Sequence record: NC_042013.1
Direction: 5' to 3' (one strand)
Length of the DNA: 64,000 nt
The notes beneath the pieces were generated by a model, which saw only the letters and a list, made by a program, of their open reading frames with translations, ran no database searches and was not told the origin of the DNA. A program made the position numbers and the translations under genes. This document shows, piece by piece, positions 1 through 9,299 of this stretch. Position 1 is the first letter of the stretch, and each line of letters opens with the position of its first letter.

Positions 1-412
1 GGTCTGAGTAACTTTCAACCATAGGATCAACCATCATTTCGTTATAAAAACGTTCGGCGTACCATACAGCGTCTGCTTTGCTTCCAGAATAATAATCGGT
101 TACATTTTCGTAACCGTACTTTTTACACATATCGAGTACGTAATCAACCCAATCATTTTTGGAACGATTTTTATCTTTTTTCGGTAAATCTTCCAATGGA
201 ATAATTACCAGACGATCACCAAAAACATTTCTAAACATTTCGGTTCTAATGACCTGTGTCCAAGGATTTGATTCGTCAATATCATTGCCAGTAGAACCAA
301 GTCCAAGAATAGCGGTATCACATTCGCGTGTAATACGTGTTAAGATATCAAGGTGGCCGATATGCGGGGGTTGACCTCGCATTACGGCAAAACCAATTCT
401 TTTACTTGCCAT
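1..412 (-). CDS. Nicotinamide/nicotinate mononucleotide adenylyltransferase (NadM/NadR-like), partial, runs off window start
   Basis: Not in ORF track. Manual translation from ATG 412: MASKRIGFAVMRGQPPHIGHLDIL...GLGS...SNPW, i.e. RxQPxHxGH nucleotidyltransferase motif; open to position 1. Confidence 0.85.
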   Translation of the reverse strand, partial: MASKRIGFAVMRGQPPHIGHLDILTRITRECDTAILGLGSTGNDIDESNPWTQVIRTEMFRNVFGDRLVIIPLEDLPKKDKNRSKNDWVDYVLDMCKKYGYENVTDYYSGSKADAVWYAERFYNEMMVDPMVESYSD

Positions 413-899
413 TAATAATCTCCCATACATCATCAACGATTTCATTGTGATTAAATGCGAGGGTCATATTGGAAATTTCGTGATGAGTAAAAGTTGACAA
501 CTCAGCAAGATCGTCACCGGCACGAGAATCGTCTTCCTCTTGTGCGGTAAGGCGAACATAATAACAAATATTAACCACGTGGCAGCGTGGGTCCGTTTTT
601 GGCTTGGATTTTACTTTTGCAAGCTGGAGGCGATCTTCGGTAATAACAATTCCGGTTTCTTCAAAAATCTCGCGGATTGCAGTTTCTTCGATGGTTTCGC
701 CTTCAGACAATAGGCTTTCATCAAATTCCACCATATCACCTTCTTCGACCAATGGGTCCATAAAACCACCCGGTATACAATAATAGCCGGAAAATGCACT
801 GTCCTTACGACCACGAAGCCCACATAGAAAATGATTGTCGTGGGTAACAAGTACAATCGTTGCCGTAACAGCCGGTCGTGGATGAGCATATTTGAACAT
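402..899 (-). CDS. Nudix hydrolase, ADP-ribose pyrophosphatase (NadM-Nudix/NrtR-like)
   Basis: Nudix box GETIEETAIREIFEETG; PGGF, DPR and LAFNH motifs; start moved to ATG 899 (AAGGAG upstream); adjacent to NMNAT. Confidence 0.85.
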   Translation of the reverse strand: MFKYAHPRPAVTATIVLVTHDNHFLCGLRGRKDSAFSGYYCIPGGFMDPLVEEGDMVEFDESLLSEGETIEETAIREIFEETGIVITEDRLQLAKVKSKPKTDPRCHVVNICYYVRLTAQEEDDSRAGDDLAELSTFTHHEISNMTLAFNHNEIVDDVWEIINGK

Positions 900-979
900 A
901 GTATCTCCTTTTAATTTGATTTGTAAAAAATATACCAGAAAAAGGCAAACGTGTAAATACATAAAAAGGAGTGTTTTTC

Positions 980-1411
980 ATGTTAAAACTTAAAGGGTTG
1001 GTAGGGAAAAGTTTTAAAATTTTTGGATTATTACCCCAAATAAGATGGGATACCCCATCAACATTACCACCACATTATTATAATTATAATTTCACACAAA
1101 ACATTTCTATTTCAAGTAAATATCCAATAACTAAGGTAGTTGTTACCAATGGTTCATTGCCAACTGGAGTATTTGTAACTCAAAGCGGTATGATATTTGG
1201 TAGATTAAATGGATCAGGCTCGCCAACTACGAGCACCTTTACTTTAACTGCAACAGATTCAACTGGTTTTAGTGATAGTAAAGAATATATACTTACTATA
1301 GAGGAATATATAACTGAAGTTGTATGGATAACCGATCCAATTATTACTGAAGAATATGGTATTGGTCAAGGTGTTTATAATAAAGTTATTGCGGAAAGTG
1401 AAATAAAATGA
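980..1411 (+). CDS. Putative Ig-like (He_PIG-type) virion protein
   Basis: GSLPTGV..SGMIFG..FTLTATDSTG pattern; AGGAG 8 nt before ATG 980; TAAATA at 954-959. Confidence 0.6.
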   Translation: MLKLKGLVGKSFKIFGLLPQIRWDTPSTLPPHYYNYNFTQNISISSKYPITKVVVTNGSLPTGVFVTQSGMIFGRLNGSGSPTTSTFTLTATDSTGFSDSKEYILTIEEYITEVVWITDPIITEEYGIGQGVYNKVIAESEIK

Positions 1412-2499
1412 CAACATTACCTTCACCATATCCTATAAAATATTCATTAATAAATGGAGAATTGCCGGAAGGTTTACATCTTATGCAAGATGGATCGATT
1501 CGTGGTATCGTTGCATATGGTAATTTTTATCCAGCACCAGAATGGCAAACTGCCGCAGGCCGTTTATTACTAACCAGTGAATTAGAAACAATAGAACCTA
1601 TTACGCTTGATTGCACACCATCGGTTGGAGCTACCAGCGTAGTATATTCACTGGTCCCGTCACCCATTTCTGGCGAAGTTTTGCCGTGGGGCATATCTCT
1701 AGATTGGGAAAATGGGATAATTTCTGGAACAGTAGCAGATTATTTACCACCAAATGAACCGAGTTGGCTACCAGAGGAAGAACCAGTATGGGTAACACCG
1801 CCCGGTTCAATTGGAACGTATAACGAACAACAAACAGTTTCATTTACATTTAATGCTACTCCATATGAGGATAATACCATAAAATATGCGATAGTTGAAG
1901 GTAATATACCATTTGGTATATCACTGAATACAGTAACCGGTTTATTGAGCGGTACGTTATCACGCTTGCCATTTAACGAGGATAATAATGATCCTTTGCC
2001 AGAGCCTATTTGGATTACCAACAATTCTCTTGGAAATTTTCAAACGTATGATAACGTTTCTATTTCATTTGAAGCAGTAAGCCTCGATTCAACTATTGAA
2101 ACTTACACTATTATATCAGGTATTATTCCATTTGGATTAACATTAAATCCGTTAACAGGTGAATTTTCAGGAACATTAGCGCGTTTCTATACTGATTTTG
2201 ATCCTATTATAAATACGATTACATTTGGATTTAACAACGGTTCTACTTTAATAAACACTACTGTTGGATCAACTATTAATTATACTATTCCTGCAACACC
2301 AAAATCTGGATCAACTATTGATCGTTATACTGCTATTGAAGGATTACCATTTGGTCTTAGTGTAAATGCTGCTAATGGCTCTATTACAGGAACTATTGAC
2401 CCGATAAATTTTGTTGGAGACCATATCGTTAGTGTTGTTGTTTCTGATACAAAAAATTATCTTTCAAAAACAACATTTAAAATAGTTATTGGAGCTTAA
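1408..2499 (+). CDS. Tandem putative Ig-domain (He_PIG-like) virion protein
   Basis: Four to five repeats of W.T..G.(L/I)G..Y.I..G.(L/I)PFG.SLN..TG..SGTL. Confidence 0.7.
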   Translation: MTTLPSPYPIKYSLINGELPEGLHLMQDGSIRGIVAYGNFYPAPEWQTAAGRLLLTSELETIEPITLDCTPSVGATSVVYSLVPSPISGEVLPWGISLDWENGIISGTVADYLPPNEPSWLPEEEPVWVTPPGSIGTYNEQQTVSFTFNATPYEDNTIKYAIVEGNIPFGISLNTVTGLLSGTLSRLPFNEDNNDPLPEPIWITNNSLGNFQTYDNVSISFEAVSLDSTIETYTIISGIIPFGLTLNPLTGEFSGTLARFYTDFDPIINTITFGFNNGSTLINTTVGSTINYTIPATPKSGSTIDRYTAIEGLPFGLSVNAANGSITGTIDPINFVGDHIVSVVVSDTKNYLSKTTFKIVIGA

Positions 2500-2501
2500 A
2501 A

Positions 2502-3707
2502 ATGACTGAATTTAATTTCACCGTCCGTGCAACGGATAACTTGGGAGCATTTGCTGATCGTGAATTCTCCATTAACGTTAGAAACACTATTGTTGATCGT
2601 TGGGTTGCGACGGTAACGGGTGGTTCCGTTATCACATCACCTGACGGAATTAATTGGACTTTGCAACAAAATATCATTACTGGTACTAACAACATATGGA
2701 ATAATACATCAAGCCAGACAACTGCACGTGGCTCTGTTGGTCATTTTAATGGTAAATGGTACATCAATGCTGGTGTCAACTATATAACATCTACTGACGC
2801 TAAAAATTGGAGTGTCATCCCATTTCCATCTGTAACATATGAGGGAAATCAGTATGTTGCAGGTTCGGCACAAACATCGTATGTAAATGGTGAATGGGCA
2901 AAAAGCCCCACGAATATTGGTATTATGGTTCCTATGTATTCAGCCAGCGCCGGGTATTATCGAAATATTTTGATGATGACATCTGACGGTATTAACTGGA
3001 CTCATAAATGGGTACAAACATTAAGTACGTCATCCGGTATTTCCCCACAAACAACAAAAGTAATATATGGTAATGGAAAATGGTTGATATCGGGAAATAG
3101 ACGTGACAATTTGCCAACCATTGGTTATGTTTCATCGGATGAAGGGGCAACATGGACAACCGTACCAAGCCCGGCTGGAGCATTTCTTGGTGGTGACATT
3201 TTTTTTGTTAATGGTAAATGGATTGCCACACGTGCTGACATTCAGGCAATGTACATTAGCGATGATCTTATTAACTGGTCATATCAAGCGTATTCAACAC
3301 CCGTAAATACTAATTTTAGATACTGGAATTGGAATTATGGCAACGGTGTGATTTCTGTTTTTCCTGAATTATCAACGAACGTTAGTGGCTCAAGTTGGAA
3401 TAGAGTTTATTCCACTGTTGACCTTGTAAACTGGACAGAAACGACACTTCCCGTATATCCGGTGGTTAATAACGGAGTCGGTACTATCGGCATTACATTT
3501 GTTAGGGGTAATGCGTCCGCATTTGCCCGAATTTCATCAGCATTTTATAATGGTCAATTTATTTTTGGAACATCATACACGTCCAACGCTGCAACAACAG
3601 GAGGTTTATTAAGTAGCACTGATGGTAAAACATATACTAAATTAAACTTACCTGCGGCAATTGGTAATGACGCATTGATTTTTGGTATTGCTTGCTCAAG
3701 CTATTAA
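2502..3707 (+). CDS. Beta-propeller / BNR-repeat protein, probable receptor-binding or virion protein
   Basis: Repeated S.DG..W motifs (TSPDGINW, SSDEGATW, SSTDGKTY); N-terminal FTVRATD linker. Confidence 0.65.
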   Translation: MTEFNFTVRATDNLGAFADREFSINVRNTIVDRWVATVTGGSVITSPDGINWTLQQNIITGTNNIWNNTSSQTTARGSVGHFNGKWYINAGVNYITSTDAKNWSVIPFPSVTYEGNQYVAGSAQTSYVNGEWAKSPTNIGIMVPMYSASAGYYRNILMMTSDGINWTHKWVQTLSTSSGISPQTTKVIYGNGKWLISGNRRDNLPTIGYVSSDEGATWTTVPSPAGAFLGGDIFFVNGKWIATRADIQAMYISDDLINWSYQAYSTPVNTNFRYWNWNYGNGVISVFPELSTNVSGSSWNRVYSTVDLVNWTETTLPVYPVVNNGVGTIGITFVRGNASAFARISSAFYNGQFIFGTSYTSNAATTGGLLSSTDGKTYTKLNLPAAIGNDALIFGIACSSY

Positions 3708-3709
3708 TT

Positions 3710-3767
3710 TACTCCTTGACAGTTTGGGGATTTGTGATAAACATTTCCCCAAACAACCAAAGGAGTA
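3710..3767 (+). promoter_or_regulatory. sigma70-like promoter nested in an RBS-occluding hairpin (pncB)
   Basis: TACTCCTT 3710-3717 / AAGGAGTA 3760-3767 plus GTTTGGGGA 3722-3730 / TCCCCAAAC 3746-3754; TTGACA 3716-3721; weak -10 (TAAACA) in loop. Confidence 0.75.
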
Positions 3768-3772
3768 TTGTA

Positions 3773-5071
3773 ATGATCGATATCGCAACACGCGTTCATA
3801 ATCACAATTATAAAATCGACCCTATCGTCCGTTCTTTGTTGGACACCGATTTTTATAAATTTTCAATGTTGCAACTTATCTGGATCAAATACCGTCATAT
3901 GCCGGTTACCTTCTTCCTTAATAACCGCACAAAATCTGTTCGACTTTCGGATAGTGTTGATATCCACGAACTGCGCGAACAACTAAAGTACGTACAAAAT
4001 CTATCTTTCACAAAATCAGAACTTATTTGGCTTCAGGGTAATACCTTTTATGGTCGAAAAGGAATGTTCGATTCGTCTTTCATTGAATTTCTTAGAACGT
4101 TTCGTCTTCCAGATTTTAATCTTGAAATGATTAATGATGAAATTGTTCTTGAATTTCACGGTTCGTGGGCTGACGTTACCCTATGGGAAATTTATGCTCT
4201 TTCTATCGTTAACGAACTTCGCGTTCGTCATACATTGAACCAGATGACACGTTCAGAACTCGATATCTTGTATGCACGGGCAAAAACTCGAATCTATGAT
4301 AACCTTGTAAGTCTTAATAAGCTTGATAATCTTAAAATCTCTGACTTTGGAACTCGTCGTCGGCACGGTTTTCTTTGGCAAGAATGGGTTGTTCAGGTTG
4401 CCAGAGACGTTCTTGGAAACAAGTTTGTCGGTACATCTAACGCGTTCCTTGCAATGAAACACGATTTGGAGGCGATTGGTACAAACGCACACGAGTTGCC
4501 AATGACTCTTGCAACAACCGCGAAAACGAATTCTGAACTTAAAGAATCGCAATACAAGGTTCTTATCGATTGGATGAATACTTATAATGGCAATATGCTC
4601 ATTGCATTGCCTGATACATTCGGCACAACTCAATTTTTGAACGATGCGCCAGACTTCCTTAATGATTGGAAAGGTTTTCGTGTTGACTCCAAAAATCCAA
4701 TTGAGGCTGGATACGAATATATTAAATGGTGGTCTTCGCGTGGTATTGATCCTATGACGAAACTTTGCATTTTCTCTGATGGTCTTGATACCAGAACCAT
4801 TCACGAACTTTATAATGAGTTTAATGGTAAAATGCAGATTAGTTTTGGTTGGGGTACAAACCTTACCAATGACTTTAAGGGTCTTCTTCCTGTTGGAAAC
4901 AATGGCCTTGATCCGATTTCCCTCGTTTGCAAGGTCAAAGAGGCGAATGGGCTATCGGCGGTAAAGCTAAGTGACAATTACGAAAAGGCGACAGGTAGCA
5001 ACGAACAAGTAACCCGCTATCGTAATGTTTTTGGTAACGATGGTGTATCTGGAGCACCTCTAATTGTCTAA
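3773..5071 (+). CDS. pncB: Nicotinate phosphoribosyltransferase
   Basis: SLLDTDFYK, DFGTRRR, GTNAHE (phospho-His), PDTFGT, RVDS, FSDGL, GWGTNLTND, KLSDN; true start ATG 3773. Confidence 0.95.
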   Translation: MIDIATRVHNHNYKIDPIVRSLLDTDFYKFSMLQLIWIKYRHMPVTFFLNNRTKSVRLSDSVDIHELREQLKYVQNLSFTKSELIWLQGNTFYGRKGMFDSSFIEFLRTFRLPDFNLEMINDEIVLEFHGSWADVTLWEIYALSIVNELRVRHTLNQMTRSELDILYARAKTRIYDNLVSLNKLDNLKISDFGTRRRHGFLWQEWVVQVARDVLGNKFVGTSNAFLAMKHDLEAIGTNAHELPMTLATTAKTNSELKESQYKVLIDWMNTYNGNMLIALPDTFGTTQFLNDAPDFLNDWKGFRVDSKNPIEAGYEYIKWWSSRGIDPMTKLCIFSDGLDTRTIHELYNEFNGKMQISFGWGTNLTNDFKGLLPVGNNGLDPISLVCKVKEANGLSAVKLSDNYEKATGSNEQVTRYRNVFGNDGVSGAPLIV

Positions 5072-5723
5072 CCTAAAGACATATACCGCACCAGATGGTA
5101 GCATTATTACAAAATTAGATAATAGAGCTACCACATATAGAAAATATGGAAGATATCATCGCGAAGATGGACCTGCATACTCTTCTAGTTGGGGTGAGGT
5201 ATGGTGGCTAAATGGTAATATACATCGAATAGATGGGCCTGCCAGAAAACTTAGAGGATCGGACCATGAATATTTTATAAAAGGAGTTAAGGTTCCTCCA
5301 TTTACCGATATATCTGATATTATCCCATTTAATACCGAAACAGCTATTTCTTTTTATCCAGTAGAAAGGATTGTAAATATGAAATATTATGTTATTTCCC
5401 TACAAGGGCAAGGAGACCATGAAATAAAGTTGGTAAGGCAAGATGGTTGGGATTCGTTGGAAAATCATTTGCTTACGGTTGAAATGAGAGAGGATTTCAA
5501 GGCTGCTTACAATGCACCAGACTCCAGCGAATTAGAAGATTTTTTCATTAGTCTAAGAAATAGCAACAGTAGTTCTATCATGAATGATATTGCACTTAAT
5601 ATCCCTCCTGCATCACACAATGGCGAAATGATGCATTTCTTTTCTATGAGTGAATATACCGACTTTTTACGTGCCAATCCAAAACTTATAATTGAGGATG
5701 AGTACACTGGTTATATCTACTAA
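5064..5723 (+). CDS. Hypothetical protein with N-terminal HREDGPA-type repeats; possible internal start at 5379
   Basis: YHREDGPA and HRIDGPA repeats; AAGGA-N8-ATG in frame at 5379. Confidence 0.55.
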   Translation: MSNLKTYTAPDGSIITKLDNRATTYRKYGRYHREDGPAYSSSWGEVWWLNGNIHRIDGPARKLRGSDHEYFIKGVKVPPFTDISDIIPFNTETAISFYPVERIVNMKYYVISLQGQGDHEIKLVRQDGWDSLENHLLTVEMREDFKAAYNAPDSSELEDFFISLRNSNSSSIMNDIALNIPPASHNGEMMHFFSMSEYTDFLRANPKLIIEDEYTGYIY

Positions 5724-5730
5724 AAAGTAG

Positions 5731-5784
5731 TTGACTTAAATTTTGAAAATGCTATAACTCCTGCATCGAAACGTTGTAGGAGTT
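5731..5784 (+). promoter_or_regulatory. sigma70-like early promoter with anti-SD in discriminator
   Basis: TTGACT-N16-TATAAC; AACTCCTGCA 5756-5765 pairs with TGTAGGAGTT 5775-5784. Confidence 0.75.
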
Positions 5785-5788
5785 TTAT

Positions 5789-6148
5789 ATGTCTATGATT
5801 TTTAATGACGTAATAGAGTCTTTTGAAAATGGCGGAACCGCTGTTTTGGAATACGATTCATTTTCTGATTATGACCTTACTATTGTTGGTCTTGCTGATT
5901 ACAAATTTGATCTTTATAAGCGTTTCAAAAACGAACCTATTGAAACGGTCGAAGATTTTAATGATTTTTTTGCGGAAAAAGACAATGAAAGTATCTTTTT
6001 CTTTGAAATCGAAACAACGTCATCTTCTGAATTGAAGAAAATAGAAGACGCATATAATTCACTTGAAAACAAAACTGGTGTTTATATTGTTATTCCAGAT
6101 ACTATCAATTTTGAAACGAATCAAAAACGGTTTCATTTCTTCCGATAA
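5789..6148 (+). CDS. Hypothetical acidic protein
   Basis: ORF with AGGAG RBS and own promoter. Confidence 0.7.
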   Translation: MSMIFNDVIESFENGGTAVLEYDSFSDYDLTIVGLADYKFDLYKRFKNEPIETVEDFNDFFAEKDNESIFFFEIETTSSSELKKIEDAYNSLENKTGVYIVIPDTINFETNQKRFHFFR

Positions 6149-6152
6149 TCTA

Positions 6153-6204
6153 TTGACATTATTTTTCGATGGTGTATAACTCCTGCATCGAAACATTGAA
6201 GGAG
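6153..6204 (+). promoter_or_regulatory. Duplicate sigma70-like early promoter
   Basis: TTGACA-N16-TATAAC; the 20-mer TATAACTCCTGCATCGAAAC is identical at 5753-5772 and 6175-6194. Confidence 0.75.
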
Positions 6205-6211
6205 AACTAAA

Positions 6212-6589
6212 ATGTCCATGAATTTTTATGTTGCTAACATTGTTAACGGCGAATGCAAAATTCCATATTCTATGGATGCCTTGCGCTCCTTCAATGAAAC
6301 TGAAACAGGGGCATATATCGGTCCAAATTACGCCTATTGCCGTGATTTGGATGTTGGTTTTTCTGATGGAAATGCAAAGTTCTTGATGAACCGACTTGGT
6401 ATTAAGATTGAAAATGGATGCACTGACGAAATCCCTCTTAATCAAGAATTGGTGGATAAAATTGATACTCAGCTTGATTCTTTCTTCCAAGACGGAGAAT
6501 GGGAGGATTATCGGAGAATGATGCGTATTAAAACTCTTGTTCTTCTTGGTATTCATCAATATAAGGCAGACGTCATTTACGGCGCATAA
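6212..6589 (+). CDS. Hypothetical protein
   Basis: ORF with AGGAG RBS and own promoter. Confidence 0.7.
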   Translation: MSMNFYVANIVNGECKIPYSMDALRSFNETETGAYIGPNYAYCRDLDVGFSDGNAKFLMNRLGIKIENGCTDEIPLNQELVDKIDTQLDSFFQDGEWEDYRRMMRIKTLVLLGIHQYKADVIYGA

Positions 6590-6592
6590 TAA

Positions 6593-6614
6593 AAAGCCCC
6601 TTTTCAGGGGCTTT
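6593..6614. terminator. Bidirectional intrinsic terminator
   Basis: AAAGCCCC-TTTTCA-GGGGCTTT with A/T flanks, between convergent genes. Confidence 0.85.
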
Positions 6615-6619
6615 ATTTT

Positions 6620-7570
6620 TTACAGTTTCCAAAGGGTCTTGAACTCGTCAAATTCTCTCTTAGATAATCTGAAATAATCCAAGAAATCTTTCTGAGTTTC
6701 ATAGCCATCAAAAATTTCTTCAAAACTTACTTTGAATGACTTTCCGTTGGTGTTGCTATGTGCAATAACAACATCAAGGAGATTCTTGTCAGTTGCTGAT
6801 ACGGTTTTCGCATTAGCAATATAATCTTCAAATGCCTCAATACAAATTGGGAAATGATCTTTAATCAGGTCATACATCGCATTTGCAAAAACACGAATTT
6901 CATACTGTGCGTGGCTATCCATCCGAAGCTTCAACAGGTGGAACAAATTATGCAAGTCTTGCTTCCATACAACTTCAGTGTAGATCGATACTGGAATTAC
7001 TGTTCTCGCCAATTCACGAGCGATACCTGTATAATTACCATCGAAACCATTAACATCATAATCGAACATATCTTCATTGCCCTCTTCAGGACCAAGAAGC
7101 TGTTTATATGCATTGAAACTTGTTTCATTCAACTCACGAATTACTTTTTGAACAGTACGTGCATTGTTGGTATCAACCGTATTACCACGACCCTGATTAT
7201 TAACAACAGACTGAGCAGCGATCTGTTCCAATTCTGGTACATAGAAATCATCGTCAATTACAGAATAACGAAAGCTCGTTTCATTCAAACTTGAAGTTCT
7301 GTGACGAACAAGCTGACGCATAACAAAAATCGGCAACTTAATATGAAACTTTATTTCTGCCATCTCGAGCGGAGACGTGTGCTTATGTTTAACAAGGTAT
7401 CGAATTAGACCCTTGTTGTTGTTAACCTTCTTTGTACCGGTTGCATAACTAATGCGCGCCGCCTCTGCCACCGCATCATCATCACCCATCTTGTCTACAA
7501 GACCGACAAACCCGTGGTCGAGAACTTTGATGTAATTTGTATTGTTTTGTACGTCAGTCCATTTTGTCAT
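6620..7570 (-). CDS. thyX: FAD-dependent thymidylate synthase
   Basis: AARISY, KHKHTSPLE, RQLVRHRTSSLNETSFRY, ELARTVIP, LRMDSHAQYEIR. Confidence 0.95.
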   Translation of the reverse strand: MTKWTDVQNNTNYIKVLDHGFVGLVDKMGDDDAVAEAARISYATGTKKVNNNKGLIRYLVKHKHTSPLEMAEIKFHIKLPIFVMRQLVRHRTSSLNETSFRYSVIDDDFYVPELEQIAAQSVVNNQGRGNTVDTNNARTVQKVIRELNETSFNAYKQLLGPEEGNEDMFDYDVNGFDGNYTGIARELARTVIPVSIYTEVVWKQDLHNLFHLLKLRMDSHAQYEIRVFANAMYDLIKDHFPICIEAFEDYIANAKTVSATDKNLLDVVIAHSNTNGKSFKVSFEEIFDGYETQKDFLDYFRLSKREFDEFKTLWKL

Positions 7571-7693
7571 TATTTGTAACCTTTAATTGTTCACTACGAT
7601 TGTCATTATAATTGTTTTAAGATAGGCAAAACAATATTAAAATTGATACAAAGGGTAAATATTAGTATGGAAAGTTAACTAAGGAGCCACCGA

Positions 7694-7966
7694 ATGAGCT
7701 ACGACCCGAATGAGAATGTTACTAAAATTCTTTCCACTCTAGACCCAAAGATAATCCCGCACAATTTTGTGTGCGCGGGACAAATTCTTGAGGCATCTGG
7801 TAATGAAGTGTACCTTGATGTTTTTGACGTTATTGAATTGGTCGAAAACCAAGATCAGTATTGTTATGAATATCAGATGTCATCATTAAAGCTTATCATT
7901 GATATGGACCTTGTTAAAGATACCATTTTATATCATTACCATAAAGTAATGTGTGCATTTAATTGA
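7694..7966 (+). CDS. Hypothetical protein
   Basis: AAGGAG RBS; TAAATA at 7656-7661. Confidence 0.65.
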   Translation: MSYDPNENVTKILSTLDPKIIPHNFVCAGQILEASGNEVYLDVFDVIELVENQDQYCYEYQMSSLKLIIDMDLVKDTILYHYHKVMCAFN

Positions 7967-8306
7967 GTTCGTTATCTGAAAGTTGAATCATAGCAAGGGT
8001 TGCCATAAAGGTTTCCCATTCATCTTTTAGAGTTTCGTTTTTATTAATATAATCAAGGAGCGTTGTAAAATGCGCTCCTTTGATATAAAAGTTTTCCATT
8101 TCAGATACTATCTTTTCTTCTGAAACATATGAACGGTCAATGATGAAACCATTGTTTCCAGTACGGTTCGAAAGATCGATTGAAATTCTATTATAGACAC
8201 GGTTTATAGGCTGTAGTCTATCTATTTCACGATATGCAACGTCAAGATGGGATAATAGGTCATTCTTACTCATAGTAAGAAATTCTTCATACGTAGGTCT
8301 TTTCAT
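7959..8306 (-). CDS. Hypothetical protein
   Basis: ORF fills the gap in a minus-strand operon. Confidence 0.65.
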   Translation of the reverse strand: MKRPTYEEFLTMSKNDLLSHLDVAYREIDRLQPINRVYNRISIDLSNRTGNNGFIIDRSYVSEEKIVSEMENFYIKGAHFTTLLDYINKNETLKDEWETFMATLAMIQLSDNELN

Positions 8307-8313
8307 ATTTCAC

Positions 8314-8580
8314 CTAAATTAGTTCTTTTCTATTTTCCATGATTTCGGTATGCTCCAAAGCAGCAACAATAACTGCTGCTGCTTTGATAAGGCTATCTTC
8401 GTAATTTTCTTTTGATGGATATACCCCATTACGGCGTACGTCCTTCATAAGATAATGACCTACCATCGACACCCAATCCCCCGGTGAATTCTTAGAATCC
8501 ATTTCACTTCCGTGAAGACTATTCTGTCTGTCACGTTCGTTTTTAATGCGATCAAGGATATCAGTTGTCTTGGTGCTCAT
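8314..8580 (-). CDS. Small all-alpha protein, possibly MazG-like nucleotide pyrophosphohydrolase fold
   Basis: ERDRQ...DW..MV..Y...EDSLIKAAAVIVAALE; start moved to ATG 8580. Confidence 0.4.
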   Translation of the reverse strand: MSTKTTDILDRIKNERDRQNSLHGSEMDSKNSPGDWVSMVGHYLMKDVRRNGVYPSKENYEDSLIKAAAVIVAALEHTEIMENRKELI

Positions 8581-8581
8581 T

Positions 8582-9289
8582 TTACTGTACCTTCTTAGGA
8601 CGACCGCGACCAGCCTTAGCAGGAACGGTTTCAGCAACCTTTGCACTTGGCTTTGTTACTTTCTTTGGCGCTGGCTTGACCTCAGGTTGCGTGTCCTTAA
8701 CCGTTGGTAATTCACGCACAACTGGTGCAGAACGCTGCTGTGGGCGAAGCTCAGGGCAAAGTGCATATGCCTTTTCACGGCGTGCATTCGCGTCATCATC
8801 AAGCATCTTGGCTTCGATAAGAAGATTCTTAGCGATATTAAGCTTTCCGGTGCTTTCAGATACTGCCGCATTCTCTGAATACACGGTATCTTTGTACTCA
8901 ACAAAATCTTCATCAACGCGCTTGTCGACTCGCGAGGTTGGTGTGGTCTTACCCATCAACTTAAGAAGTTCCGTTAGTTTGATACCCTGATTTGGTTCTG
9001 GATACATCATAACGTTAGTGATGGGTTCCCTACGCAAAGCACCAGCATAATGCAATACTTCCAATCCATTACGACCCATGTCACCAAATGAAATACGTCC
9101 GAGTGTGTCCGCAAGGCACAAATCGTGCTGGCCTTCATTCTCGATGATCTTCATAAGATGGTCGTGATATGCGTCTGGTAGAGAGTCCGTTTGAACGATC
9201 AACGCATAATCTTCAGCATTTGGAATTTGCATATATACCACCGCGATACGTGAATCGGTGTTAATAAGTTTACCAATATGTCTTTGCAT
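8582..9289 (-). CDS. Hypothetical protein with basic low-complexity C-terminal tail (AT-hook-like GRGRPKK)
   Basis: Start MQRHIGK at 9289 with AAGGA RBS. Confidence 0.7.
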   Translation of the reverse strand: MQRHIGKLINTDSRIAVVYMQIPNAEDYALIVQTDSLPDAYHDHLMKIIENEGQHDLCLADTLGRISFGDMGRNGLEVLHYAGALRREPITNVMMYPEPNQGIKLTELLKLMGKTTPTSRVDKRVDEDFVEYKDTVYSENAAVSESTGKLNIAKNLLIEAKMLDDDANARREKAYALCPELRPQQRSAPVVRELPTVKDTQPEVKPAPKKVTKPSAKVAETVPAKAGRGRPKKVQ

Positions 9290-9299
9290 TTTTTTATCC

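Noticed and set aside
905-971. CTCCTTTT / AAAAGGAG inverted repeat around TAAATA
   Set aside because: Explained by the two SD sequences of divergent genes; no read-through transcript expected, so not counted in the gating set
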